Of a stretch of DNA of 64,000 nt, positions 29,994-40,989 are shown in pieces. How positions within the stretch are numbered: the stretch's first letter is position 1; every line of letters begins with the position of its first letter. The stretch is from Candidatus Hydrogenedentota bacterium (GTDB taxonomy: Bacteria; Hydrogenedentota; Hydrogenedentia; Hydrogenedentales; SLHB01), in contig BTWA01000008.1 in the NCBI GenBank assembly GCA_045863295.1, forward strand, positions 59,674-123,673, in the 5' to 3' direction. The notes below the pieces were generated by a model. That model saw only the letters and a program-made list of their open reading frames with translations. It was not told the origin of the DNA and ran no database searches. The position numbers were made by a program, and so were the translations under genes.

Positions 29994-30368
29994 GACTATT
30001 CCTTGTCCTTCGCTTGCAGACGGTTCTGGCTTTCCTGTTTTCGTACCTGCACACGATCTTGGTGCGGCCGAGTTTGGGATGTTCTACAGTTGCGACCAGG
30101 CAAATCGGCATGTCCAGCAGGGTCTCCAGGAACTGAATGAACTTGTACTGTAAGTTTGTAGGCACCAGGCGCTCCCACTCGGCAGGTACAATGGGCCAAG
30201 CCACGCCATTCGAAAGAACTAAAGAACTGCAATCCAACGTAAAGACAAGTCGTCGTTCGTAGCGCGCCGGCAAAGGCAGTTTGGCCAACCTGCGGAGCGT
30301 CAGCAGAGGTCCGGCTGCATGGCCTCCATCCAGCCCTTTACCGGGTCGTTCATGGTCCTGCCATTATC

Positions 30369-30917
30369 TTACTTGGGTTCGCATCCGTGCTGTTGCCACC
30401 AAATCCTGTCCTGATCGCGTTTGGTCACTGCCCGCGCCTTAATACGTTCGTGTTTTCGCGTTTCCCTTTCTCTACGGTTCTGTTCGTGTTCCAATTTCGT
30501 TCGTTGTAACCGTTCAATGTGGTCACGATAGTGGGCTTGCATGTTGGCCAGGACCTCTCCGCCCCATGTGCCCTCCAGGCATCTTGCTAACTCGAGTTCC
30601 GCATGCACGTCCTTCCCCATTTCCTGCCAAAGGCGATGAATGATTTTCCGCGTGACTGGCTGTAGTTTTTGCGCTTCCTCGATGTCTGGGCAAAAGGATC
30701 TAAATGCATCTATAACTCGGCGGGTTGCGTTTGCCCCCAGCCTTGGGGAGTTTTCATCGCTATACCCCATTGCCTCGAGCAATTTCTGTACAAATACGCA
30801 ACTACAAATACCACAGCCTGGAAAACAGAACTCGACGTCGGCATTGGCATGGAGAAACTCGCAGAACCAATCCCCACATGGGCCAAGAGGCACTGTATTT
30901 CGCGTGTTCGTGCTCAT
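30369..30917 (-). CDS. Hypothetical protein (CPGCGICSC-like Cys cluster, coiled tail)
   Basis: ATGA overlap with the DUF262 gene; CFPGCGICSC. Confidence 0.65.
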   Translation of the reverse strand: MSTNTRNTVPLGPCGDWFCEFLHANADVEFCFPGCGICSCVFVQKLLEAMGYSDENSPRLGANATRRVIDAFRSFCPDIEEAQKLQPVTRKIIHRLWQEMGKDVHAELELARCLEGTWGGEVLANMQAHYRDHIERLQRTKLEHEQNRRERETRKHERIKARAVTKRDQDRIWWQQHGCEPK

Positions 30918-32617
30918 GGGATTTCGTATTCGGACTCAACTTGTTCCGTACGGTTATGTATGCCTGTTAACCTCTGTATTTCCTGCCACAGCGCCTCTTG
31001 CCGCCATGCGATGAAGTGATCAAAGTCGTCGCGCACAAGCGGGGACTCATCCCCACGCGGCAGGCAATGCGATGACAGCACTGCGTCAAGCGGAAATCCG
31101 TCAGTATCGCGAAGGCGCGCCAAATAAATCGAAGGGGGCTTGTCTCCGATCATCTGGTTTGTCGTACGGTCGATCAGCGTTCGGTTCAGTACACAATCCC
31201 GCAACCGCGCTGGCTTTACACCTTGGCGATCCAGATACGCGGCCGGAAAGACGTGGTGGTCGTCAATTCCACTCGATGTAATCAATTTTCCAGTTATGAC
31301 CGATTGGGTGTGAAAATCCCGCGCACCCATTCCCAGGATTAGGCATATTGCGCTCCGGTATATGGAGCGCTGCTTGGGCGTTGTTTCGCGTAGAAAATTC
31401 GGATCGAATCGAGCTTTAGAAACGGAATCAGGCGGGTCGCCACCGGTGAGCCACGCGCAAAGCTCCGTGACATCGCGTGCGGCCTGGCTGTTCGGCGCAT
31501 TTTCATAGACTTGGCCAAAGGAAACACACCAGAACCACCGTTTGAGCTTTTCACGGTAAGACCCTGCCTCTGCGGTCTTAGGCATGCCTAGCTTGGCCAA
31601 GACTGCTGCAAGCGGAATCAGAATGGTTTGATAAGGGAGCCATTTGGGCAACACGACGTTGCAGTCATCCCGAAGTATTTCCAGCCCCAATGCAAGTCCT
31701 CGAATCGCCTTGGGCCAGTATTCATCGATGTCTGCTGCAACCAGATCGAGCACGTCGCTCCGTTTGCAGGACGGCGTCTTTCGGGAAACGAGGGCAATAC
31801 TCTGCAACACGTAGTAGGGATCGACACTGTAGTCTTCAATTATGGGGAATTCTTCAAGAGTCGCGTCCCATAGCGCCCTCAAATTGATTCCCTGAGGCCA
31901 GAATCGTGCAGTCAGTAGCTCGAATGGACTCAGGCGCACACCGGTCCGGTTCAGCGTCTCAAAGATGGTGCATAGAGCATCCGCCTCGGTCTTGTCGGAG
32001 AGCGTGACGACAGGAAAATGATAATCGTCAATAGTACTGAGCCATCTCTCTTCGATGTGATCGAGCGCATCCTCCAACGCGATGCGCTCTTTGTCGGGTA
32101 GATGGCGCGCGACCTTACGCGCCCATTTACCAAAGCCACCTGACCCGTGTTTGAGCACGGAAAGGGGCAGTAACAGTTCCTTTGCCTGCATTTCAAACGC
32201 CTCACGCCGTTTGACCCATTTTGTGGTCGAACGAACGTTAAAAATGGCTTCGTCAAAGTCGGCACCTTCAATTAGAAGATTCAAACGAATGTAGTACCGA
32301 TGATCGCCAACGCCATAAAACGCCTGGTATAGCGAGGTGAGCCGTTGTTGTCCATCCAGTACGAGAAAGGTGTGCTTCGCGCCATCCAATGGTGGCGCTC
32401 CCTCGAATTCACGTGCAACAAAAGATCGTTTGACGTCGCGCACGCGCAGAATGCTTCCAGCAGGATAGTTATTGGCAATGGAAACGACCAACTCTTGGGT
32501 CGCGCTGGGCTCCCACACAAAATCACGCTGAAAATCGGGCAAGACCATGGTTCTTCCATGGATCTCCGCCAGGAGTTCTTTCAGAGCCCGGGGGTTGGTG
32601 TCTTCAAAAACACTCAT
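30914..32617 (-). CDS. DUF262 (GmrSD-like) protein with a C-terminal HNH-like motif
   Basis: LPDFQRDFVW, LDGQQRLTS, IFETLN, DDHHVFP...N...N. Confidence 0.88.
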   Translation of the reverse strand: MSVFEDTNPRALKELLAEIHGRTMVLPDFQRDFVWEPSATQELVVSIANNYPAGSILRVRDVKRSFVAREFEGAPPLDGAKHTFLVLDGQQRLTSLYQAFYGVGDHRYYIRLNLLIEGADFDEAIFNVRSTTKWVKRREAFEMQAKELLLPLSVLKHGSGGFGKWARKVARHLPDKERIALEDALDHIEERWLSTIDDYHFPVVTLSDKTEADALCTIFETLNRTGVRLSPFELLTARFWPQGINLRALWDATLEEFPIIEDYSVDPYYVLQSIALVSRKTPSCKRSDVLDLVAADIDEYWPKAIRGLALGLEILRDDCNVVLPKWLPYQTILIPLAAVLAKLGMPKTAEAGSYREKLKRWFWCVSFGQVYENAPNSQAARDVTELCAWLTGGDPPDSVSKARFDPNFLRETTPKQRSIYRSAICLILGMGARDFHTQSVITGKLITSSGIDDHHVFPAAYLDRQGVKPARLRDCVLNRTLIDRTTNQMIGDKPPSIYLARLRDTDGFPLDAVLSSHCLPRGDESPLVRDDFDHFIAWRQEALWQEIQRLTGIHNRTEQVESEYEIP

Positions 32618-35600
32618 TTCTAGTGCTATTCCTCTTGCATAGTCTGTAGGTTGCTGGAAACAACTCAACCATTCCTTGTTTCTTCAGTTCCATTAACTTT
32701 GTACCGGTCAGTACAGTAGGGCGGTCATTGCGGTCGGAAAGGACCAGATTGTGCGAATCCGGTTCATTCGAAATCATCCCCCACTGTTCATAAGTAAGTT
32801 CAACGGCTTCCGTTTCCAGACACTTATCGCTGGCAAGGTAGTATTGCGTGGGAGACCCATCCTTTGCTATCCACTCCCAGGGGAATATGTGCTCAGAATT
32901 TTTCGCAACAAAAGTACCGTCTGATCTAACGAACCGCCCTCCATTGTCTTTAACGAACCCCTGGCCAATGAGAAAATTCTCAATAAGGGGTACTGACGCC
33001 GCCTGCTTTCGAGTTGGTCTCGGATCAGGATCTGCGGTATCTTCTAGCCCTTCCAATTCCTCTACGGTGTCATCAGGGTGTATCTCTCCGAGGTCGCCGT
33101 CCCCAAGGATTAATTCCACGCCCAATACCGACTCCAAATCTATTACTTTTCTATCGACTGAGAACCCGTCCACAGGATCAATAGCTTCCACATTTAACTC
33201 CGGTCTTACTGTTTCAGGCTCAGCCGACCGGTCGCAAACCTCCGGTAAGAGTTTGAAATTCTCTTCCAAATAGGCACGAATCTCGTTGGGTTGACGCTCA
33301 TAGCAATAGCTCATGGCCATTGCAAAGTCCTCGCGGCCGAACTGCTTGCCAAGCACTTCGGGAACGAGTTTTGCCAATCGAGCGGACTCAGTGCTTGTAA
33401 CATATAGCATCCCATTCTTCCACACTAACGAATGCTGCTCAGCAGGCCCGGCCGGCACGTCGTCCACGTATGGAACAACGCTTAAATGTTCCACATAAAC
33501 TAACATTGCATTGGATAATTCCGTGGTCAGCTGCGCAATGCGACTTGCGTCATCATCTTCCATGCCTATATCCAGTCGCTGCAAATGGTATCCAAATTGA
33601 TTCAACCAAGGTATGGGCATTACTTCACCTAATAGTGCGACATTCGAGTCCAAATGAAACTCGACGATTCTTCCAATGGACGGCAGTTGTGAAAACGGTT
33701 GCTCAGCCAATACGTCCTGGTGAACTCGACCAAAGTCCCCAATTCGCCCGAGAAACGGGGGAAAGAGATCAGGACAGTCTTTTCTGTCGGAATAGAGTCC
33801 AAACTGAATCGCCCCGGTTGGCACCCACTCGTCGCACAGGTTCAGCCAATGACCGCACTCGACCCAAACGCGAGAGGGGTGGCGTGCCATCAGTGCCTTT
33901 ACCCGGTGCAAGTTCTCTCTAGAGAGTCTAGACCTGGATGGAAGAGTGCCTAACCAGCCAATCGCGCGCTCAACCGTGGGACGCTCTGCAACTCCCACCT
34001 TACTCCATAGTGATAGATCCCTAGCACCCGACAAGACAAGTGGCGCATCTGGTACATCATCGTCTGCCGAAGCAACATAGGCATTAGCTGTGGTCACCCA
34101 CCCATGCTCAGAAGTGAATACAAGGGCCTCTGACTGAAAGGCCCTCCGTATTTGTTCCTGATCGCTGGTTGAACCATTGCTGGCCATAAGATCGAGACGC
34201 CGGTACCACTTGCAGAGTTCATCCCGTGGCGGATCGCTACTATTCATGAATACACGAACAAGATCCAAGAGCCGTTCTGGCCCATTGCCTTTGTCCTGAA
34301 CCCCCAGTTTCTTCAGAAGTGGCCTTGTTTGTTCCGTATCAAGATGACTGTCCACAAACGATTCAATATCTATTAATGCTTCGGTCTCTGCATTTCGGAG
34401 AAGCAACTCGTATGGCTTGCATGTATTACCCCTCGTATCTGGAAGGCAAGGAAGCTGCTTCAACTTGTGTATCCATAAGGGCGTCACGTAGCCCCAGCTC
34501 AGATCACGCCAGTTTTTGGCGGTTGTGACTTGCTGGACCACTGCCTGCATCGACTTTTTCCAGAAATCAATCCGTTGGCTGAGGATACAAGTACCCAGTC
34601 GGTTCCAAACCCTATCGTCAGTCGTTGCGCACTCCCGCCAGAAAGTCCACAGTTCATCGTCAAAGTCCCAATCCGTCAGTCGGTATTCGTGAGTGCTAAA
34701 ACGTGTATAGGCGTCGGTCTTATCGCCTCGACGTCGGATTTCCTCGTTTATCTCGATTAACTTATACACTTGGGAATAGACGCAGCGAAGTGGGGGGAAG
34801 GCAAATGCGCGGGCGTGACCGCTTTCGATCCAATCTTTCCACTTCTGTGCGAAGGAAGCCGGCTGCCCGGCCAAATACTCCTCATGCAAGGCGTAGTTAT
34901 TGAGCCAAATAGGTGGCATGTATGCCATTAGGCCGTTGCTTTCGGCGCAGTACAACCCGTCTCTTGCCTGTTTTGTGATTCCACTTCTCACCAGAAACGG
35001 GAATTGCTCGTCTACCTTTGCCTCCACCTCGGCAGCAATTCTACCAATGCGAATCACATGTTCTTTGGGTGCAGATTTCTGCCGTACAATGGCATCACCA
35101 ACGAGATTGATGACTTTATCCTTAGGGGTTGGCCTGTCCAAATGGACAATTTCAAGCACCTCTCTTGCTACCCTTGCTCGCGTCGCCTGGGAGTCATCCA
35201 TTTCATCTTGGTCAGGCTCCTTAATATACGAGAGCCACTCGCCGTCCAGTATCTTGACGTATTCGTTTACAAGGGCCCAACCGTTCTCGGTACTGATGAG
35301 CGGTGTCTCGCCCATACGAACAACGACTTCCGACGCCAACAGAGACTGCACACCTCGTACCGGCACTAACCTTACTGCATCGGCTACTTTCGTATCGTAA
35401 CGTCTTTGCCGCAGTTCAGGCAGTATAAAAGTCCATAGCCGCAAAAGTTTATGCCAACTGTCGGGCTTGGCAGGGCTGGCTGTCATTAGAGCGGTGAAGA
35501 CGTCTTTCAGCGCACGAGATTCCAAGTATCCCTTTGCCATAAGCCAATCCCGGCTTTTCAGTGATACGTAGCGGGATAGTGGCGGCCTGTTGCCGTTGTC

Positions 35601-36815
35601 GAACAGGCGCGTTATTTCCTTACCATCCCAGATTTCAAACAATTCGGTGGGAATACCGAAGCATTTCTTACTCTGTTGAAGATTTCCATTGTCGTCCAAC
35701 AGGAGCAGTTGCCCATTTACTGTCTCTTGAAATGAATCGGCAACAATACTCGCGCACGTCCCGTCGATTCCGGAGTCATTCCTACAAGTGGGCACCAAGC
35801 AATAGGCATTAGCTCTTTCCTTTACCGAGATACTGAAGTTCCCCAACCAACCCAAAGTAGACTGCCCCGCCAAGACTCCAGCCCGTTGGAGTAACCAGCG
35901 GTTTGTTGGTGAAATCTCCGGGTCCTTAATTCCCATTCGGGCAGGATCTTGTATGAATGGTGCATTGACAGCAAAGGGAATGTCGGGAGTCACGTCTGTC
36001 GGTAGCACTACATAAAGACGCCCCGGCAAACCGCAGACCAGTTGAATTTCGCAAGCAAGTAACTGGGCATCGACTTCCTGATCGACGGATCTTTCATCGA
36101 GTATTTCTTTCTTGGCATTATCAGGAAACGGCTCACGCACTGAATTAATCAACAAGTACCGGGTATCATCGCCGTTAAGTCGAACCCACTTAGAGTTTGG
36201 AACGGGTCCTAGGCCATCGTCCTGCCACTTAATGACCATCGTGCCTATTGTGAGCTTTCGGATTGACCGGAAGAACAACAGCGAGAGTGGGTTGTTAAGC
36301 CACTCTCGAAAGTTGTTTTCTACGTCGTGTATACGTCCATTCTGCAATGGGACTCTTATCACTGTATTGTAAGATTCACCAACGCAGGTGTCCGGATCCC
36401 AAATGGGCTGGGTGAATCGATGCTTTTGAAACTGAACGGAGAGCGTGGGGGTCTGCAGGTGCACTTCAGGACCAAGGCTGAAAAGACTCTTGAACCCGAT
36501 GCCGCGGAATCCAATTGTGTGTAATGTCCGCTTGTTCGAGTATCCAAATCGACAGAGGGAAGAGAACTGCTGATCCGTAAAGTCTTCACCATTGTGGGTA
36601 AACTCGAAGGACCCGTCCTGAATGCGCACGGTAGCCTCTGTTGCTCCGGCGTCATCTGCATTTTGCAGCAATTCAGACACCACATGCCGGGGTAGTTGCA
36701 CCTGCCGAAATAGTTGGTGCCAAGGCGCTGCCAAGACCGGATCGCTTTCAAGCTGATTCCAGCGCACAGTGGCCCCACTTTCGATTGCATCAAAGTAGGC
36801 TGGTGGCACGTTCAT
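32604..36815 (-). CDS. Sacsin-like GHKL ATPase protein (1403 aa)
   Basis: ELLQNADDA, HNGEDFT, IGFRGIGFKSLF, PFAVNAPF. Confidence 0.82.
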   Translation of the reverse strand: MNVPPAYFDAIESGATVRWNQLESDPVLAAPWHQLFRQVQLPRHVVSELLQNADDAGATEATVRIQDGSFEFTHNGEDFTDQQFSSLCRFGYSNKRTLHTIGFRGIGFKSLFSLGPEVHLQTPTLSVQFQKHRFTQPIWDPDTCVGESYNTVIRVPLQNGRIHDVENNFREWLNNPLSLLFFRSIRKLTIGTMVIKWQDDGLGPVPNSKWVRLNGDDTRYLLINSVREPFPDNAKKEILDERSVDQEVDAQLLACEIQLVCGLPGRLYVVLPTDVTPDIPFAVNAPFIQDPARMGIKDPEISPTNRWLLQRAGVLAGQSTLGWLGNFSISVKERANAYCLVPTCRNDSGIDGTCASIVADSFQETVNGQLLLLDDNGNLQQSKKCFGIPTELFEIWDGKEITRLFDNGNRPPLSRYVSLKSRDWLMAKGYLESRALKDVFTALMTASPAKPDSWHKLLRLWTFILPELRQRRYDTKVADAVRLVPVRGVQSLLASEVVVRMGETPLISTENGWALVNEYVKILDGEWLSYIKEPDQDEMDDSQATRARVAREVLEIVHLDRPTPKDKVINLVGDAIVRQKSAPKEHVIRIGRIAAEVEAKVDEQFPFLVRSGITKQARDGLYCAESNGLMAYMPPIWLNNYALHEEYLAGQPASFAQKWKDWIESGHARAFAFPPLRCVYSQVYKLIEINEEIRRRGDKTDAYTRFSTHEYRLTDWDFDDELWTFWRECATTDDRVWNRLGTCILSQRIDFWKKSMQAVVQQVTTAKNWRDLSWGYVTPLWIHKLKQLPCLPDTRGNTCKPYELLLRNAETEALIDIESFVDSHLDTEQTRPLLKKLGVQDKGNGPERLLDLVRVFMNSSDPPRDELCKWYRRLDLMASNGSTSDQEQIRRAFQSEALVFTSEHGWVTTANAYVASADDDVPDAPLVLSGARDLSLWSKVGVAERPTVERAIGWLGTLPSRSRLSRENLHRVKALMARHPSRVWVECGHWLNLCDEWVPTGAIQFGLYSDRKDCPDLFPPFLGRIGDFGRVHQDVLAEQPFSQLPSIGRIVEFHLDSNVALLGEVMPIPWLNQFGYHLQRLDIGMEDDDASRIAQLTTELSNAMLVYVEHLSVVPYVDDVPAGPAEQHSLVWKNGMLYVTSTESARLAKLVPEVLGKQFGREDFAMAMSYCYERQPNEIRAYLEENFKLLPEVCDRSAEPETVRPELNVEAIDPVDGFSVDRKVIDLESVLGVELILGDGDLGEIHPDDTVEELEGLEDTADPDPRPTRKQAASVPLIENFLIGQGFVKDNGGRFVRSDGTFVAKNSEHIFPWEWIAKDGSPTQYYLASDKCLETEAVELTYEQWGMISNEPDSHNLVLSDRNDRPTVLTGTKLMELKKQGMVELFPATYRLCKRNSTRNECF

Positions 36816-39800
36816 CCAGGCGGCTCCGCGCGAGTGATTAGGTCTGCAAAGTCATAGTTGACACTCGTCACCCCGAAATCCGGTTCCCTCTTGAAGGGTT
36901 CACGGATGTAGTGCACACGATGGGTGTCATTGTCGATGAACTCAACAATGGCCAGGACGTAATCCTCCGGCTTGTTCAGCGAATACAAAATCTCATTGCG
37001 GGTGACCGTGATGGTTGAAGCGCCGGACACCCTTCCTTTTACTTCAAGGAAACGAAGTTTGCCGTTACCTATCACTCGACTTTCGATATCGTATCCGAGC
37101 TTTTCCAGTTCCCTGTCCGTCGGTTCGTGGCCCAAGCTTCGCTCAACATCCATGATGATGGAACGGGCACGGGCGGCACTTGCTTGCGTATCGACCGCAT
37201 GCAGGAGTTTCGATGCCTCCTTGCCCATCATCTTATCGATTAACCCGATGGGTACAATGAGCATTCCACCTAATACAACCGGCGGCAGCGGGGAAATCTG
37301 GGCCTCTAGCTTGAGCTCCTCCAACCGCTTCTGGAGGCGAGCCTGCAAACCATCGGCGCGCTTTCGCGCTTCATCGGAATTCAGCCGGGCGTTTGGTTTT
37401 CCGGCTTGCTCTTGATGCTTGAGTTCATTGGCACGATGATCCCAGAAGGTTACTTCCTTTGTCAGCCGCGCTTTGACAGCCGCTTCGATCTTCATGATGA
37501 GTTCAAGCCTGGGTACGCGCACCTCGCTTAGATGCTCGGGCACCACATCCGCAATAGCATGTTGCTGCGCTTTTTGCTCCAATGTCCGGTCAATCCACGC
37601 GGATTCCGGCCTTGCCAGGATTTCTTCCACGCCGGGTTCGTTTGCCTTGAGCGGCCGGAAATCCAGATAGGGCGCATAGTGGAGGTGTCTTGCCTCGCCG
37701 TTTGCTGAGTATTCAATGTAGAGCATTCGTTTGGAAATCACGCGCCGATCGCCAGAGTGCGTATGGCTCGCGTCTTGGATGGCATGCTCCAAGTAAAAAA
37801 TCACTCGGGGGTCTGTGCCCATGTCGCGCTCGTCGACTAGGATGGTCCCGCGTCGCAGGATATCCACACTCCGTTCAAGAGTCAGGTCTATGACGGCATC
37901 AAGCAGGGGATGCCCCGGACAAACAAATGCGGCAAGGGGTTGACCCTGCGGGGCGATGAGCGACTTTTCAAAAGCAATACGCTCATAACGCTGCAATACG
38001 GGCCCGCCAAGTCCAATCAGGCGATCCCGGTTAATGATGGGCGCCGGCACATGGGTTATCTCATGTCGCCTGGGTTCTCGTTGCTTGACCGATCCTCCTA
38101 AGCGTTTAAACGCTTCCTGGAAAAACGATTCAATATAGTGCGGTTGAAGTCTGCGCGCGTCGGCTCGCTCCATATCCTCCCGGATGCGCTGAACGCGGCT
38201 GAAGTCCATGGCATCTTGGACGAGAACTTTTTCCTCCAGGATGCCTCTCAGGTTCTGAATGTCGAAGGTATGATCCAAGACTGTGTTCAAGTACTCCTTG
38301 ATTTCGGGACTCTCGCCTTCGCGAATGGCCTGAATGAGGAGATCGCGCAACGACTTTCCTTCGAACTGAAGCTTTCCCAAAACATCGAAGACCTGTCCAC
38401 CGAGCGCCTTCCGTGCCTCCTCCAGTTTTTCCAGCAACTTTCGATACACATCCCCTTCGCGCGTCTCGTCGGCCACGAGGTTCCATAAGTGACAAACCTC
38501 AGTTTGACCAATTCGGTGGATACGGCCGAAACGTTGCTCAATGCGATTGGGATTCCACGGTAAGTCGTAGTTCACCATAAGGTGTGCACGCTGCAGGTTA
38601 ATTCCTTCACCTGCGGCATCGGTGGCAAGTAGCACCTGCACACTGGGATCGTGCCGGAATCGCTCTTGCGTGGTAAGCCGATCTTCGCGCCCCATAGCGC
38701 CGTGTATCACGACCACTGCCTCATGGCGGCCCAGCAGCGTCTCGATCTTGTTCTTGAGATAGTTCAAGGTGTCGCGATGCTCGGTGAAAATGACGAGCTT
38801 TTGGAGCGGGGAAGGTATGTGACCGGCGATGACGCCCGCACCATAAGGAGCCACTTCCTCCGATACCCGGACGGCAGAACCGCCGGTCTGGAAGATTTCA
38901 TTCAGCAGACTTGCCAATTCGCACCACTTGGTATCCGTGCCACTTTGCCGTACTTCAAGAGCAAGCGATTCCAGCCGCTTCAGAATTCCAATTTCAACCT
39001 TCAAATCGGAGATGGAGCGGGCTGCGGTGGCCTGGTCCAGAAACTTCTCTTCAGCCGCCTCCAACTCATTGTCTGGCGCATCCTCTAAGTCCTCCACATC
39101 TTCATCATCTAGAAGGAAACTAAGTTCAAACCTGACGCCCGTCTTTCCCCCTCGCTGCAATACCTCCAACTCCCTGAGGCTGCTCTCCAGGCGTTCCCGC
39201 CTGCGACGCAAAGACTGATAGATGGCTTCTGGAGACGATGCCAAACGCCGCTGCAAAATGGTGAGCGCAAAACCGACGGTCCCTGCCTGCTTTCCGTTTG
39301 CCAGTGCCTCGGCGCGATTGAACTCATCACGGACATATTCCGTCACTTCCTTGTAGAGTTGCGCCTCCTGATTGGACAGTTTGTAAGGGACGGTATACGC
39401 CATCCGGGGTGGAAAAAGCGGCTTACCGTCGAATTTCAGCAGCTTTTCCTTTACCATGCGTCGCATCAAATCAGATACGTCGACCACATGGGCCCCATCG
39501 CGAAAACGGCCCTCGAAGCGATCGCCGTCCAGCAGCGCCAAGAACAATTGAAAATCCGACTCCTTGCCATTGTGCGGGGTTGCTGTCATAAGCAAGAAGT
39601 GGCGCGTCAAGGTGGAAAGAAGCTGCCCCAGCCGATACCGTTTGGTGTACTTCGTCTCATTGCCAAACACGGTCGCGGACATTTTGTGGGCCTCATCACA
39701 CACCACGAGATCCCAGCGGCAATCTGGGGCTTGTAGCTTAAGCTGAATGTCTTCATTGCGGGACAGTTTGTCGAGCCGCGCAATTACAAAACGGGTCTCC

Positions 39801-40387
39801 AAAAACCAATTCCCGGTGCGGGCTGACTCCAGCTTGTCGTTGGTTAGGATTTCAAATGATAGATGGAAACGTTGATACAACTCGTCTTGCCATTGCTCCG
39901 CAAGACTGCCTGGACACACCACGAGGCACCGTTGCAGATCGCCCCGAGCCACCAGTTCCTTTATCAGCAGCCCTGCCATGATGGTTTTTCCAGCGCCAGG
40001 GTCATCGGCTAGGAGAAAGCGCAGCGGTTGGCGAGGCAGCATCGATTCATAGACGGCCGTAATTTGGTGGGGCAAGGGATCCACCTGGGAAGTATGCACA
40101 GCCAGCACCGGATCAAACAGGTGCGCCAGCCGTATTCGTTGGGCCTCGGAGACCAAGCGAAACAAGGAGCCGTCCCCATCAAAACTCCACGGGCGGCCCT
40201 GCTCCACAATTTCCAGCCGGGCTTCGTCATGCCGGTACAGCAATTCATTCGCGACCTTGCCGTTCGCGGACTTGTATGTCAGTTCCAGGGCTTCGGATCC
40301 AAACCACTGCACACTGACCACGGTAACAACGCCATCATTGGCAATTCCGCGCAAGGCGGCGTTGGGTTGCAGGTCTTCCAGTTTCAT
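36812..40387 (-). CDS. SNF2-family helicase with a C-terminal DUF3883 nuclease-like domain
   Basis: LLADDPGAGKT, DEAH, TATPH, QRFGRIHRIG; GYDIES...LEVKG. Confidence 0.93.
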   Translation of the reverse strand: MKLEDLQPNAALRGIANDGVVTVVSVQWFGSEALELTYKSANGKVANELLYRHDEARLEIVEQGRPWSFDGDGSLFRLVSEAQRIRLAHLFDPVLAVHTSQVDPLPHQITAVYESMLPRQPLRFLLADDPGAGKTIMAGLLIKELVARGDLQRCLVVCPGSLAEQWQDELYQRFHLSFEILTNDKLESARTGNWFLETRFVIARLDKLSRNEDIQLKLQAPDCRWDLVVCDEAHKMSATVFGNETKYTKRYRLGQLLSTLTRHFLLMTATPHNGKESDFQLFLALLDGDRFEGRFRDGAHVVDVSDLMRRMVKEKLLKFDGKPLFPPRMAYTVPYKLSNQEAQLYKEVTEYVRDEFNRAEALANGKQAGTVGFALTILQRRLASSPEAIYQSLRRRRERLESSLRELEVLQRGGKTGVRFELSFLLDDEDVEDLEDAPDNELEAAEEKFLDQATAARSISDLKVEIGILKRLESLALEVRQSGTDTKWCELASLLNEIFQTGGSAVRVSEEVAPYGAGVIAGHIPSPLQKLVIFTEHRDTLNYLKNKIETLLGRHEAVVVIHGAMGREDRLTTQERFRHDPSVQVLLATDAAGEGINLQRAHLMVNYDLPWNPNRIEQRFGRIHRIGQTEVCHLWNLVADETREGDVYRKLLEKLEEARKALGGQVFDVLGKLQFEGKSLRDLLIQAIREGESPEIKEYLNTVLDHTFDIQNLRGILEEKVLVQDAMDFSRVQRIREDMERADARRLQPHYIESFFQEAFKRLGGSVKQREPRRHEITHVPAPIINRDRLIGLGGPVLQRYERIAFEKSLIAPQGQPLAAFVCPGHPLLDAVIDLTLERSVDILRRGTILVDERDMGTDPRVIFYLEHAIQDASHTHSGDRRVISKRMLYIEYSANGEARHLHYAPYLDFRPLKANEPGVEEILARPESAWIDRTLEQKAQQHAIADVVPEHLSEVRVPRLELIMKIEAAVKARLTKEVTFWDHRANELKHQEQAGKPNARLNSDEARKRADGLQARLQKRLEELKLEAQISPLPPVVLGGMLIVPIGLIDKMMGKEASKLLHAVDTQASAARARSIIMDVERSLGHEPTDRELEKLGYDIESRVIGNGKLRFLEVKGRVSGASTITVTRNEILYSLNKPEDYVLAIVEFIDNDTHRVHYIREPFKREPDFGVTSVNYDFADLITRAEPPG

Positions 40388-40989
40388 GCTTCCGCTTCAC
40401 CCCGGTTGTGCCACGGCCGTGCAGGACGCCATTGGCCTCAAATCCAGTACTCTTCGGCTGAAATAGTAGTGCATATCTATGGACCTGACTTCAACCCATG
40501 AATCAACCCAGAATAGAAGCGAATACAGAAGAATTGAGGCATGTAGGCGCTTTCTTGCTTCGCCATGGGATATGGTTCCGGGCCACCCAGGATTCCCGGA
40601 TAATTAACCGAAATAGACTATCCATAAAGATGAATTGGAGTGTGTATTCGCTTTCGTAACGTCAAGCGCTTTCACCGTTTGCCGCAGGAAAAGCAACATG
40701 GTTATACCCGCCACCCCCTGCGGTCCGAGCAGGAACTGTAGGGCCTAACAACCGACGGCCGCAGCCATACGCTGAATTGATGCCTATGTAATGCAATTCT
40801 TGTCGATTTATCAGCTTCTTTTGTCAAACAGTCAATGCATGAAATTTGTTGAACGTTAAGTGAAAGCATCGAATGTTTGCGAGTTCAAGTGGATTCGATA
40901 GGAAACACGTTCAAATGTCCTGTTGTTAAACTTGAGATACCTGCATTGTTGCCCATTCAGTTCGCTGTTTGGACATGGCGATTGGCTTC

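Noticed and set aside
29980..30360. Short ORFs between the membrane protein and the Cys-cluster gene
   Set aside because: Overlapping alternative frames with no clear start or motif; may be a decayed gene.
40700..40790. attC-like site (GCCTAAC)
   Set aside because: No complementary GTTRRRY box or stem found.
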